Positions 35,800-50,114 of a stretch of 64,000 nucleotides of DNA are shown piece by piece. The stretch comes from Macrostomum lignano. Its lineage: Eukaryota. How positions within the stretch are numbered: the first letter of the stretch is position 1; the number at the start of each line of letters is the position of its first letter. The notes beneath the pieces were generated by a model. The model had not been told where the DNA came from. It searched no databases and saw only the letters and a list, made by a program, of their open reading frames with translations. A program made the translations under genes and the position numbers. The DNA lies in the NCBI GenBank assembly GCA_002269645.1, contig NIVC01003399.1, forward strand, positions 1-64,000, written 5' to 3'.

Positions 35800-37200
35800 A
35801 CTCTACTAGTTAGTGTTTAGCCTCAGATAGAGTGTTTAGTCTCTAGAATAAAGTGCTTAGACTCTAGATGGTTCTTATAGTCTCTAGATAAGAGTGCTCA
35901 GTTTCTAGATAGAGTTTTTAGTCTCTAAGCTGGATGCTTCGGACCGCACTCCCCTCGGCTGACGACGGCTTTCTGCTGCGCAGACGCATCCGTCGCCGCC
36001 ACGGCGAAAAGCGCCTGAGCGTGCTTGGCTACGCCGACGACCTCGCCCTCCTGTCCTCATCCGTTGAAGGCGCCCAGCGCCAAATCGACCGGCTGGTCGA
36101 AGTGGCATCGAGCATCGGTCTGATCATCAACACGCTGAAGACCGAGGTGCTGACTGTGCCGGCCGACATCCCAGCGGACCTGACATGCCGCGGCGCAGAC
36201 GGGCAGACGAACAGGCTCGCACGCTGCCAGCGGTTCACCTACCTCGGCGGTCTGGTGCCCCACGTACGTGGAAGAGGACCTCCGGCGGCGCAGAGGACTT
36301 GCCTGGGCGGTCTTCCGTTCGATCCGGGCCGTCCTCCAGTCCGAAGCGCTGCCCGACCGCCAGAGGGCTCGGCTGTGGCAGGCGGTGGTCGAAACCGTCC
36401 TGCTATGCAACGCCGAGACGTGGACGCTGACGGCTACGCTGGAGCGGCAGCTGGACTCGGAGCACTCAGGGCTGCTCCGTGCGGCCTTTCGAGCTGACGA
36501 GAGCGTCGGGACCGAGGCCCTGTACGATCGGGCCAAGCTGCAGCGGCGCGGCGGCGACTTCAACTGGCGGGCCACGTGATCCGGGCCGAGGGCTACTGCC
36601 CCCAACCTGTTCAGGATGTCCTGCTGCTCACCTTGCAGGGTCCGTTCAGGGGGGGGGTCAGGCCCAAACCCGTCGATACGTGGACTGCCTCCTACGCGGC
36701 GCTGGGGCGCCCGACACTGCCAACGGAGCGGACTTCATCCGCTCCCAGGCTCTGCGGCGCACCATCTGACGCACCCTGCTCTAAATGTGACCTTGCATGC
36801 GCTGCTGCGTACTTTGTTTTTGTTGTTAGTCTCTAGATAGAGTGCTTAGTCTCCAGATAGAGTGCTTAGTCTCCAGATAGAGTGCTTAGTCTCCAGATAG
36901 AGTGCTTAGTCTCCAGATAGAGTGCTTAGTCTCCAGATAGAGTGCTTAGTCTCCAGATAAAGTGCTTAGTCTCCAGATGGAGTGCTTAGTCTCCAGATAG
37001 AGTGCTTAGTCTCCAGATGGAGTGCTTAGTCTCCAAATAGAGTGCTTAGTCTCCAGATGGAGTGCTTAGTCTCCAGATGGAGTGCTTAGTCTCCAAATAG
37101 AGTGCTTAGTCTCTAGATGGAGTGCTTAGTCTCGAGATAGAGTGCTTAGTCTCTAGAAACTAGCAGCGACTGCAGTATCTAGAGACTAAGCACTCTATCT
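35800..37200. repeat. 20-bp satellite (TAGTCTCYAGATAGAGTGCT) interrupted by a LINE
   Basis: Units at 35800-35927 and 36826-37150; an inverted unit at about 37177-37200. Confidence 0.85.
35928..36825 (+). mobile_element. 5'-truncated RTE-type non-LTR retrotransposon, decayed
   Basis: RT motifs LGYADDLALL, GLIINTLKTEV, FTYLG, then EEDLRRRRGLAWAVF...VETVLLCNAETWTL in a shifted frame. Ends in a TTG-rich tail. 10-bp TSD TTAGTCTCTA at 35918-35927 and 36826-36835. Confidence 0.88.
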
Positions 37201-37506
37201 AAAGTCTCCAAGATAGTGTTTAGCTTCCGGACGGAGTATGCTCAGTGTCTCTGCAAGGCACGGAAAAACCAAACTACGAGGCAAGCCTCTCACGAAACAA
37301 AATTAGCTAAATACTCTACTATCAGTAAAAATTAGCACAATTTCAGTACAAATTAATTACGCAACTGCTCAGCAATCCATCGCTTCCCTTGGACAGCCAA
37401 TCAAGCAAGCCGGTATGCCGGGCATTAAAGCGCCGGCTCAGTCCAAACACTGGCATTGAGCACAGAGACAACTCAATTTCTCGGCATCAAGTTCACCATA
37501 GACAAG

Positions 37507-38267
37507 ATGAAGCTGCCAAACTGTTCACAGCGGGGTTCCAACTATACATCAATTTTCAACGGTCAAGACGGAGACGCGGTGGTCCGCTACCTGCTGTTAA
37601 TCTACCCCCTGCTGTTTCTGGTCATTGGCGTCCCGGCCAATGTCGTTTCCAGCGTGCTCTGGTCTCGTCGAATGTACGACTCTCGCGGCTCCACCGCTCT
37701 GCTCCTAACCAGCCTCTGCATCGTGGACACCCTCGTCCTGGTGCAGGGCTGCCTCCGCCACCTGCTCATGACCGTCGCCTGCGTTGACATTCGGCCGCTG
37801 CTCGGCTGTCGAGCGCCAATGTTCTTGCACACCTGGCTGAGCACCTATTCGGTTTGGATCATCTGCTTGATGTGCTGCGAACGGCTGGTCTGCGTACTGC
37901 GCCCGTTTGACATGCGAGTGCTGTGCAAGCAGCGGAACGGCCTCATTGCCCTCCTGGTAGCCGGGGCTCTCTCGGCCGCCTGCAATCTCTACCTGCTGGT
38001 CATTATCGAGCCCGGCCGACTCTGCGATGCCGACAAACGATTCAAGCATTTGTCTTGGCACTTTCACACTCTGGACTCTCTGATCTACTCCTATGTGCCG
38101 TTCGCTCTGATTGTGGCAACCAACGGGGTTATCGTGGCTAAGCTGGGCCAGCGCCGGCGAAGGCACGGAGCGGCGTCCACTGCGTCCATCGCCAATGCCG
38201 ACAGGGGCGCCGCGGCGCGCAGCAGGCGCAGCGGCAACGGCGGCGGCGGCGGAGGTCCGACTGGGAG
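37507..38267 (+). CDS. Rhodopsin-class (class A, peptide-receptor-like) GPCR, exon 1 (TM1-TM5)
   Basis: N-glycosylation sites (NCS, NYT), TM1 GVPAN, TM2 LCIVD, TM3 Cys and CCERL (DRY variant), TM5 SYVPFALI. AG|GTGAGG donor at 38268. Confidence 0.88.
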
Positions 38268-38271
38268 GTGA

Positions 38272-39770
<1,499 letters not shown>

Positions 39771-39779
39771 ACGCCACAG

Positions 39780-40248
39780 ACGCGCGTCTAACAAGATATT
39801 CTGCACCGTGTTCTGCATGGCTCTGTGCCACCTGCTGTTCACTTCGCCCATCGTCATTTGGTACCTGGGGGTCAGCGACGCCTGCAACTTCGCCGAGAAC
39901 GGCACCAAGTGCACCAGACTGGAGTTCGCCTGGAAGATTCTTGAACGGCTGAACCACCTGACCCACTTCTTCATATTCAGCACCACATCCTCGCTTTTTG
40001 TTGGCGATTTGAAATCGCTGGCCCGGACGGTGCGCAGCTCGTTGCGGTCGCAGCGGACCCGCACCTGGAGGACCTCCACGCGCCGGGGCGGCCCCGCTCG
40101 AGATGCCTCGCCACCGCGGCAGCGGCGAGAGGACGAGGCGGCCTGCAGTCTGCAGCTTCTGAAGCCGGTTGCTGGCGACTGCCGACTTGCTGATGAACAG
40201 CTGGAGAAAGACAGCCGGCAGGTTGGTGAGGACGACGGCCTCGTCTGA
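39780..40248 (+). CDS. GPCR exon 2 (TM6, TM7, C-tail)
   Basis: cacAG acceptor; the phase-2 join gives a 409-aa ORF. TM6 VFCMALCHLLFTSPIVIWYL and TM7 LERLNHLTHFFIF. May instead splice at 40226 to a third exon. Confidence 0.82.
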
Positions 40249-40284
40249 GCCTGCGATGCACTGCGCTGGAGTGCTCAGCTGATT

Positions 40285-41435
40285 GAGAGGCTGGCCCAGC
40301 AACTGGGGATCTGCATGGGAGGCTGGCCCAGCAACTGAGGATCTGAGAGGCTGGCAGCCCAGCAACTGGGGATCTGAAAGGCTGGCAGCCCAGCAACTGG
40401 AGATCTGGGAGGCTGGCCCAGCAACTGAGGATCTGCATGGGAGGCTGGCCCAGCAACTGGGGATCTGCATTGGAGGCTGGCCCAGCAACTGAGGATCTGA
40501 GAGGCTGGCCCAGCAACTGAGGATCTGAGAGCCTGGCCCAGCAACTGAGGATCTGGGAGGCTGACCCAGCAACTGAGGATCTGGGAGGCTGGCCCAGCAA
40601 CTGAGGACCTGAGAGGCTGGCAGCCCAGCAACTGGGGATCTGGGAGGCTGGCCCAGCAACTGGGGATCTGCATTGGAGGCTGGCCCAGCAACTGGGGATC
40701 TGGGAGGCTGGCCCAGCAACTGAGGATCTGCATGGGAGGCTGGCCCAGCAACTGACACTTTGGGAGGCTGGCCCAGCAACTGAGGATCTGAGAGGCTGGC
40801 CCAGCAACTGAGGATCTGAGAGGCTGGCCCAGCAACTCAGGATCTGAGAGGCTGGCCCAGCAACTGAGGATCTGAGAGCCTGGCCCAGCAACTGAGGATC
40901 TGAGAGGCTGGCCCAGCAACTGAGGATCTGAGAGGCTGGCCCAGCAACTGAGGATCTGAGAGGCTGGCCCAGCAACTGAGGATCTGAGAGGCTGGCCCAG
41001 CAACTGAGGATCTGAGAGGCTGGCCCAGCAACTGAGGATCTGAGAGGCTGGCCCAGCAACTGAGGATCTGAGAGCCTGGCCCAGCAACTGAGGATCTGAG
41101 AGGCTGGCCCAGCAACTGAGGATCTGAGAGGCTGGCCCAGCAACTGAGGATCTGAGAGGCTGGCCCAGCAACTGAGGATCTGAGAGGCTGGCCCAGCAAC
41201 TGAGGATCTGAGAGGCTGGCCCAGCAACTGAGGATCTGAGAGGCTGGCCCAGCAACTGAGGATCTGAGAGGCTGGCCCAGCAACTGAGGATCTGAGAGGC
41301 TGGCAGCCCAGCAACTGGGGATCTGGGAGGCTGGCCCAGCAACTGGGGATCTGAGAGGCTGGCAGCCCAGCAACTGGGGATCTGGGAGGCAGGCCCAGCA
41401 ACTGGGGATCTGGGAGGCTGGCCCAGCAACTGGGG
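40285..41435 (+). repeat. 28-bp minisatellite (GAGGCTGGCCCAGCAACTGAGGATCTGA), ~40 copies
   Basis: Read directly; same family as 95-500. Confidence 0.97.
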
Positions 41436-42064
41436 ATGTGGGAGGGTGTTAATAGCTATTTATCTGAGATTGCCGGTACTAGAGTCCACAGAGTTACAGT
41501 AAAGAACAAAACCTATATTTTAAGAAGCAAAGCACAGATTTAAATATTTCACTTTGTTTGATTCCCTCTCGCGTCATTTGCTGCTGCAATTTACGAAATA
41601 TTGAGCTTTGAAGATGGACATCAGGCGCTCGCTTTACTTTGTTAGTCGGCTTCAAACCATCGTTAAAAATATTTTGTGTTTTTTTTATCTAAGACTCTAT
41701 TCACCAGTGACTTATTAATATGTAAATATGCGAAATTTTCCCAGACAGAGGAAGGTCTACTTCTCCTCATGATTTTTTCTAGTTGATGACGCTGATAGCG
41801 GCGCATTAATTCATCAATCTGCATATCGCTATTCACGGTCATATTTGTCATTATATAGTGCTCGGCTCTTCCTTCAGTTCTCCGTCTGGTGCTTCCTCTC
41901 GGTCATTGGGGGATATTTTATTTTTTGTCAGCGGGGCATTCCGATTAAAAACATGAAAGGCTCACCGGGGAACCGAACCTGGACTACTGAGCAGACCATG
42001 GACTACTAAAATCTAGCTTCTGGAATGAAGGCTAGAGTACGGACTGTAAACTAGCTCGTACTCC

Positions 42065-43020
42065 ATGTATACCGGACTGAACCACTGACAGCTATATTCA
42101 AGAATCTGGAATGGAAACTACTGTACCGGATTGAACCATGGACAGCTATATTCAAGAATCTGGAATGGAAACTACTGTACCGGATTGAACCATGGACAGC
42201 TATATTCAAGATTCTGGAATGGAAACTACTATACCGGATTGAACCACTGACAGCTATATTCAAGAATCTGGAATGGAAACTACTATACCGGATTGAACCA
42301 TGGACAGCTATATTCAAGATTCTGGAATGGAAACTACTATACCGGATTGAACCATGGACAGCTATATTCAAGAATCTGGAATGGAAACTACTATACCGGA
42401 TTGAACCATGGACAGCTATATTCAAGAATCTGGAATGGAAACTACTGTACCGGATTGAACCATGGACAGCTATATTCAAGATTCTGGAATGGAAACTACT
42501 ATACCGGATTGAACCATGGACAGCTATATTCAAGAATATGGAATGGAAACTACTGTACCGGATTGAACCATGGACAGCTATATTCAAGAATCTGGAATGG
42601 AAACTACTATGCCGGATTGAACCATGGACAGCTATATTCAAGAATATGGAATGGAAACTACTATACCGGATTGAACCATGGACAGCTATATTCAAGAATC
42701 TGGAATGGAAACTACTGTACCGGATTGAACCATGGACAGCTATATTCAAGAATATGGAATGGAAACTACTATACCGGATTGAACCATGGACAGCTATATT
42801 CAAGAATCTGGAATGGAAACTACTATACCGGATTGAAGCATGGACAGCTATATTCAAGAATCTGGAATGGAAACTACTATACCGGATTGAACCATGGACA
42901 GCTATATTCAAGAATCTGGAATGGAAACTACTATACCGGATTGAAGCATGGACAGCTATATTCAAGAATCTGGAATGGAAACTACTATACCGGATTGAAC
43001 CATGGACAGCTATACTATCA
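42065..43020. repeat. 54-bp minisatellite (GGATTGAACCATGGACAGCTATATTCAAGAATCTGGAATGGAAACTACTATACC), ~18 copies
   Basis: Read directly. Confidence 0.97.
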
Positions 43021-43514
43021 AGAATTCGGAATGAAAACTGCTTTGTCTCCTAGCTGGTAATTCAACCGTCATTCGGGTATAGAAAAATCGAAGATTTTTA
43101 GAAGATTTCGAAGTCCTCTTGAAGTCTTGTAGCACGGAATTCCATAGACCAAGAAGGAAAGAGCTAGTTGCTATGGCGAAATCCCTGTTCAAACCTTTAA
43201 TAGCAATTTTTTCTTTAATAAAAAACTTTGCCAGAAATTCCCGAGCACTTCCTGCCAGATCCTTGCTTTGAGGAAGCGGAGGCTGACCGCGTGGTCCGTT
43301 TTTACAATGGGCTGAAGCACCGACTAAAAGCGAAATTGTGCCTATGGAAAGATGAATGAGGAAAGTCTGCTTGTGCAGGAAGGATGTGGCCCTGCACTGG
43401 GCTTACAAAGAGGATGCATTGTCTTCTGCTTTTGCTGGCTCGTGCCTTTGAAACTGCATGGGGATTGGGATTATTTGGCTAGGGGCAGGGGATAAAAACT
43501 TAGGGTAGTGAAAG

Positions 43515-45505
43515 TGACAGATGGTTAGTGTGTGAGAGTGACAGATGGTTAGTGGGTGAGAGTGACAGATGGTTAGTGAGTGAGAGTGACAATTAGTTAG
43601 TGAGTGAGAGTGACAGATGGTTAGTGAGTGAGAGTGACAGATGGTTAGTGGGTGAGAGTAACAGATGGTTAGTGAGTGAGAGTGACAATTAGTTAGTGAG
43701 TGAGAGTGACAGATGGTTAGTGGGTGAGAGTAACAGATGGTTAGTGAGTGAGAGTGACAGATGGTTAGTGAGTGAGAGTGACAGATGGTTAGTGAGTGAG
43801 AGTGACAGATGGTTAGTGAGCGAGAGTGACGGATGGTTAGTGGGTGAAAGTGAGAGTGAAAGATGGTTAGTGGGTGAGAGTGAGAGTGAAAGATGGTTAG
43901 TGAGTGAGAGTGACAATTAGTTAGTGAGTGAGAGTGAAAGATGGTTAGTGGGTGAGAGTAACAGATGGTTAGTGAGTGAGAGTGACAGATGGTTAGTGAG
44001 TGAGAGTAACAGATGGTTAGTGAGTGAGAGTGACAGATTGTTAGTGGGTGAGAGTGACAGATGGTTAGTGAGTGAGAGTGACGGATGGTTAGTGGGTGAA
44101 AGTGAGAGTGAAAGATGGTTAGTGGGTGAGAGTGAGAGTGAAAGATGGTTAGTGAGTGAGAGTGACAATTAGTTAGTGAGTGAGAGTGAAAGATGGTTAG
44201 TGGGTGAGAGTAACAGATGGTTAGTGAGTGAGAGTGACAGATGGTTAGTGAGTGAGAGTGACAGATGGTTAGTGACTGAGAGTGACAGATGGTTAGTGAG
44301 TAAGAGTGACAGATGGTTAGTGAGTGAGAGTGACAGATTTTTAGTGAGTGAGAGTGACAGATGGTTAGTGGGTGAGAGTGACAGATGGTTTGTGAGTGAG
44401 AGTGACAGATGGTTAGTGAGTGAGAGTGACAGATGGTTAGTGACTGAGAGTGACAGATGGTTAGTGGGTGAAAGTGAGAGTGAAAAATGTTTAGTGGGTG
44501 AAAGTGAGAGTGACAGATGGTTAATGGGTGAAAGTGAGAGTGAAAGATGGTTAGTGGGTGAAAGTGAGAGTGACAGATGGTTAATGGGTTAAAGTGAGAG
44601 TGACAGATGGTTAGTGGGTGAAAGTGAGAGTGACAGATGGTTAATGGGTGAAAGTGAGAGTGAAAGATGGTTAATGGGTTAAAGTGAGAGTGACAGATGG
44701 TTAGTGGGTGAAAGTGAGAGTGACAGATGGTTAATGGGTTAAAGTGAGAGTGACAGATGGTTAGTGAGTGAGAGTGACGGATGGTTAGTGGGTGAAAGTG
44801 AGAGTGAAAGATGGTTAGTGGGTGAGAGTGAGAGTGAAAGATGGTTAGTGAGTGAGAGTGACAGATGGTTAGTGAGCGAGAGTGACAGATGGTTAGTGAG
44901 TGAGAGTGACAGATGGTTAGTGAGTGAGAGTGACAGATGGTTAGTGAGTGAGAGTGACAGATGGTTAGTGAGTGAGAGTGACAGATGGTTAGTAAGTGAG
45001 AGTGACAGATGTTTAGTTAGTGAGAGTGACAGATGGTTAGTGAGTGAGAGTGACAGATGGTTAGTGGGTGAGAGTGACAGATGGTTAGTGAGTGAGAGTG
45101 ACAGATGGTTAGTGAGTGAGAGTGACAATTAGTTAGTGGGTGAGAGTGACAGATGGTTAGTGAGTGAGAGTAACGGATGGTTAGTGGGTGAAAGTGAGAG
45201 TGAAAGATGGTTAGTGGGTGAGAGTGAGAGTGAAAGATGGTTAGTGAGTGAGAGTGACAGATGGTTAGTGAGTGAGAGTGACAGATGGTTAGTGAGTGAG
45301 TGACAGATGGTTAGTGAGTGATAGTGACAGATGGTTATTAGGTGAAAGCGAGAGTGACAGATGGTTAGTGGGTGAAAGTGAGAGTGACAGATGGTTAATG
45401 GGTGAAAGTGAGAGTGACAGATGGTTAATGGGTGAAAGTGAGAGTGACAGATGGTTATTGGGTGAAAGCGAGAGTGACAGATGGTTAGTGGGTGAAAGCG
45501 AGAGT
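43515..45505. repeat. 24/30-bp satellite (AGATGGTTAGTGAGTGAGAGTGAC), ~80 copies, with higher-order blocks
   Basis: Read directly; a GACAATTAG variant recurs as a block marker. Confidence 0.97.
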
Positions 45506-45552
45506 GTAGCACGTGACCTCTGTTTGATTCCATGCGTTCTCTATTTTCTAAG

Positions 45553-45629
45553 ACATGAGCAGGATCGGCTCAGGCTCTTTGATGGAGACGATGAAAACTC
45601 GTCACTCCAGCTCCGTCATGCATAATTGA
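45553..45629 (+). CDS. Candidate GPCR terminal exon 3
   Basis: Pyrimidine-rich ctctattttctaAG acceptor. A phase-1 join from the G|GTGAGG donor at 40226 gives ...SRQV-DMSRIGSGSLMETMKTRHSSSVMHN*. No homology support. Confidence 0.35.
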
Positions 45630-45904
45630 CTTTTCCAGTTGAGCTGGCGGCTGACGCTCAGTGCAAACTTTGACACTACGTTTCCGTCTATTAGTTGCAC
45701 CGACGAGTGCTGGCGAGACACCTCACCTGCTCACATGGCAGGCACCAGCCTTTCTCCGTTTTCAGCTCCCCTTTGGCAGGCATCCTTTAGCTCCTAAGCT
45801 GACTTCAGTTGGGAGTGCCAAACGAGGTGAGGAGAGCTCACCGCTCCTCCACTCACTCACAATGACTTACCTTGAGTAACTACCACCGAATATACCATTT
45901 GCTC

Positions 45905-46285
45905 TACTCGATCATCTACTCGAAACTCTACTCATCATCTACTCGACACTCTACTCATCATCTACTAAACGCTCTACTCATCATCTACTCGACGCTCTAC
46001 TCGATCATCTACTAAACGCTCAACTCGATCATCTACTAAACGCTCTACTCGATCATCTACTAAACGCTCAACTCGATCATCTACTAAACGCTCTACTCGA
46101 TCATCTACTCGACACTCTACTCATCATCTACTAAACGCTCTACTCATCATCTACTCGACGCTCTACTCGATCATCTACTAAACGCTCTACTCGATCATCT
46201 ACTCGACACTCTACTCGATCATCTACTCGACACTCTACTCGATCATCTACTCGACACTCTACTCGATCCATCTACTCGACACTCT
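45905..46285. repeat. ~23-24-bp repeat (ATCATCTACTCGACACTCTACTCG)
   Basis: Read directly. Confidence 0.9.
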
Positions 46286-46289
46286 ACTG

Positions 46290-46481
46290 CAGGGGTGGGC
46301 AAACTTTTACCTTAAGGGCCAGCTAAAGAATCCAAGTCAAGCCTGCGCGCCAGGTGAGAGAGGAAAGGAGAGGAGAGAGAGCTGAGAAGAGACACAAACC
46401 CTCAAACCTTGAGCGGGCCGGATTGCTATTGTGAAGTTTCAAAGGACCCGAAGGCCCGGGTAGAGAGGCTTTGCACTACTG
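46290..46481. mobile_element. hAT-like MITE copy 4 (shortest; reverse orientation)
   Basis: Begins CAGGGGTGGGCAAACTTTT; contains the shared core and only ~45 bp of GA tract. Confidence 0.7.
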
Positions 46482-47269
46482 CATACTAGTATCAATCCAC
46501 TCGACTGTCTATTGTACCCTCACACAGCTGTCTTCTCTCGCCCTATTTATAATAATATAATAATATTAATACATGTAATATAGTACAAATAGCCATAAAA
46601 CTATGCAATAGGACTGCATGTATTTTTTCTTTCGATCCTGGAGGCTCTCGGTTCGTGGACACTCGTTACAATATTTTTTAGTTCATCCGTAGAACACCTC
46701 ATCCCAACAGACAAGGGCCCGACGGCAAACCCAAGTCTTCCTCTCCTTGAAGGAAACATTCCCAGAAGTTTCCTTCTGGGAAGGAAAACTTAAATTAATA
46801 AATTAAATAATAAATGAAATCATAAAAGGCCTGTCTATTGCCGGTAGACATTTTCTTTGAACCGTAAATGCCCCTCATCATCATCATCATCATCATCACA
46901 GACTCTGAGGACACTTCATTTAACTGATTGCGAGAGCAACCCCAGACTCTTTGGTGCGGAAGCAGAATTTTGTAAACAGGACAAACAGTTCCCCAATGAT
47001 CCTGCTCGTTCGTTGCTTGATCACGTGACTTGTGCAGAAGGAAACTTGGTTTGAATATCCAGTCTGTTTTACACTGCAGATTATGATAGAGAACGAAGGT
47101 GAATTTCTGTTAATCCACTGTGATCGTTATTCAATCAAATTAAATTGAAAATGAATGCCCGTTGAAATATGATCTTGATATGAAAATATTGAGAAGTGAA
47201 TTTAGCGTATACAGTTCTATGCTTTCAAGCAACATTTATTTTTATTTTCAGTGTGAATGCTCTATCTTA

Positions 47270-47645
47270 ATCGTGAATGTATTTTCTTAAGCGCAGATGA
47301 CTTTTATCTAAAGCGTGAATGTCTTTATCCTAGGTGTGAATGTCTTTATCTTAAGTGTGAATGTCTTTATCTTAAGTGTGAATGCCTTTATCTTAAGTGT
47401 GAATGTCTTTATCTTAAGTGTGAATGTCTTTATCTTAAGTGTGAATGTCTTTATCTAAAGCGTGAATACATTTTAAGCGTGAATATATTTATCTTAAGCG
47501 TGAATGCCTTTATCTTAGGTGTAGGTGTCAATGTCTTGATCTAAAGCGTGAATGTCTTTATCTTAAGTGTGAATGCCTTAATCTAAAGCGTTAATGCGTG
47601 AATGTCTTTATCTCAAGCGTGAATGCCCATATCTGAAGCGTGAGT
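47270..47645. repeat. 21-bp repeat (GTGTGAATGTCTTTATCTTAA)
   Basis: Read directly. Confidence 0.88.
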
Positions 47646-48319
47646 AGACAACAATTATTCACTATGGAAACTCGTACATTAAAATTCATTACTGCATTTC
47701 GACGAAAAAGTTCTTCTATTAGGATCAGGGCAATAAGATTTGGCAGCTGAGAAATAAATTAGGAAACCTCAGAGCAGCTGCTATGATCGCAGTTCATTTT
47801 CAATTTATTTAGAAGTTGGTCTGAGACCTCACAGACAGAGCGGCAGCTATCGATTAAACGCAGATTTGCGGGTGCGAAAATTCTGGGAAGGTTTCCAAGA
47901 AAAAATGTACTTTTCCGCTTAGTTCCCGAAGGCCTGAATTGCTTGGTTTTCTAGGGTGGTTTAGGGGCTTTAGGCAGCTGAGGAGCAACTCACAGTAAAC
48001 CTCCTGTCTCATTCACCAGCCCCTTCATTATTAATGACTTCGAGTCCAGCAGGCATGCGAAACTCGAATTTGTCGAACCGACCCTCAGCCCCCCCCCCCC
48101 CAAGACTGAGCTATATATGGAATGTATAGATTTATATCTCTATCTATCTATACATGAATTTTGAATACTAAATATCTCTGCTTGTTAGGCTAGCATTGTA
48201 GTTTCACAGCAATCCCGCCGCTGAACCAAAGTGAACCAGCTCTTCTAAACAGCACTTGCTCATCTGCTGGGATTGAATCTCTTTAAATGAAGTGGGCGAC
48301 TGAGACCACTCACTGATCT

Positions 48320-49325
48320 GTCATGTCTCATCTCAGCCTCATGTCTATTATCTCATCTGAGTCTCATATTTATTATCTCATCTGAATCTCATGTCTATAT
48401 CTCATCTGAGTCTCATGTCTATTATCTCATCTGAGTCTCATGTCTATTATCTCATCTGAGTCTCATGTTTATTATCTCATCTGAGTCTCATGTCTATTAT
48501 CTCATCTGAGTATCATGTTTATTATCTCATCTGAGTCTCATGTCTATTATCTCATCTGAGTCTCATGTCTATTATCTCATCTGAGTCTCATGTCTATTAT
48601 CTCATCTGAGTCTCATGTCTATTATCTCATCTGAGTCTCATGTTTATTATCTCATCTGAGTCTCATGTCTATTATCTCATCTGAGTCTCATGTTTATTAT
48701 CTCATCTGAGTCTCATGTCTATTATCTCATCTGAGTCTCATGTTTATTATCTCATCTGAGTCTCATGTCTATTATCTCATCTGAGTCTCATGTCTATTAT
48801 CTCATCTGAGTCTCATGTCTATTATCTCATCTGAGTCTCATGTCTATTATCTCATCTGAGTCTCATGTTTATTATCTCATCTGAGTCTCATGTCTATTAT
48901 CTCATCTGAGTCTCATGTCTATTATCTCATCTTAGTCTCATGTCTATTATCTCATCTGAGTCTCATGTCTATTATCTCATCTGAGTCTCATGTTTATTAT
49001 CTCATCTGAGTCTCATGTCTATTATCTCATCTGAGTCTCATGTCTCATCTCAGTCTCATATCTAATATCAAATCTCAGTCTCATGTCTCAAGTCTCATGT
49101 CTCATCTCAGCCTCAGTCTCATATCTCATCTCAGTCTCATGTCTCATCTCAGTCTCATGTCTCATCTCAGTCTCATATCTAATATCAAATCTCAGTCTCA
49201 TGTCTCAAGTCTCATGTCTCATCTCAGCCTCAGTCTCATATCTCATCTCAGTCTCATGTCTCATCTTAGTCTCATATCTAATCTCAGTCTCATGTCTCAT
49301 CTCAGCCTCAGTCTCACGTCTCATC
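48320..49325. repeat. 25-bp satellite (GTCTCATGTCTATTATCTCATCTGA) grading into a TCTCA-rich repeat
   Basis: Read directly. Confidence 0.93.
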
Positions 49326-49719
49326 TTTTCCTTAACTCTTGAGCAGTCCTGAGCAGCACAGCATTTTTAGCCATTTATAAACTACGAGTGCATAAAACTT
49401 TGAGAAAAGAACATTTGAAAGCAGTTATGGCAGTCATAATTGCGATAAAAATTAGAATTTATTATATTATTTTATGGCAAACTGGAGAATTTAGAGGCCT
49501 CAGCAAGAGATCCCCAATACTGCTAATTTTTTCTATTTTATTATCCACCAATAAAAATTCCCAAGACTTTCTCTCTGCGCTGCGACGTTGACTCGGGCTT
49601 TATCGAAGGAGAGCAGCTGCAAGAAGAAAATGATTTTCTGCTCCAGCATGATACACAACAGGGGATGAAGTTGATGAAAAAGACATGTTACATTATTTTC
49701 AGAATCGAGGTTGTCAGCG

Positions 49720-50032
49720 CTCATTTTAGCGCCGCAGGCACTCATTTTAGCGCCGCAGGCACTCATTTTAGCGCCGCAGGCACTCATTTTAGCGCCGCAG
49801 GCACTCATTTTAGCGCCGCAGGCACTCATTTTAGCGCCGCATGCACTCATTTTAGCGCCGCAGGCACTCATTTTAGCGCCGTAGGCACTCATTTTAGCGC
49901 CGCAGGCACTCATTTTAGCGCCGCAGGCACTCATTTTAGCGCCGCATGCACTCATTTTAGCGCCGCAGGCACTCATTTTAGCGCCGCAGGCACTCATTTT
50001 AGCGCCGTAGGCACTCATTTTAGCGCCGTAGG
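49720..50032. repeat. 21-bp minisatellite (CATTTTAGCGCCGCAGGCACT), ~15 copies
   Basis: Read directly. Confidence 0.95.
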
Positions 50033-50114
50033 CACTATATATTTTGTCGCCCTGGGAAGCAAAAATATTGATTTCCATAACGGGTTACAAAGATGGGCGG
50101 TGGCGACGTCCTTA

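Noticed and set aside
41663-41851. Minus-strand ORF with RPSSVWENF resembling the start of a BED zinc finger
   Set aside because: No following CxxC or His pair, and no transposase or TIR seen; at best a decayed relic.
41955-41992. GGTTCGGTTCCCCGG (minus strand) as a tRNA or SINE B box
   Set aside because: No A box or cloverleaf could be built.
42065-43020. 54-bp, 46-bp and 30-bp arrays as CRISPR-like loci
   Set aside because: Units are head-to-tail without unique spacers, there are no cas genes, and the context is eukaryotic.
43240-43360. FYNGLKHRLKAKL resembling a retrotransposon Gag motif
   Set aside because: A single short motif with no supporting ORF or LTR.
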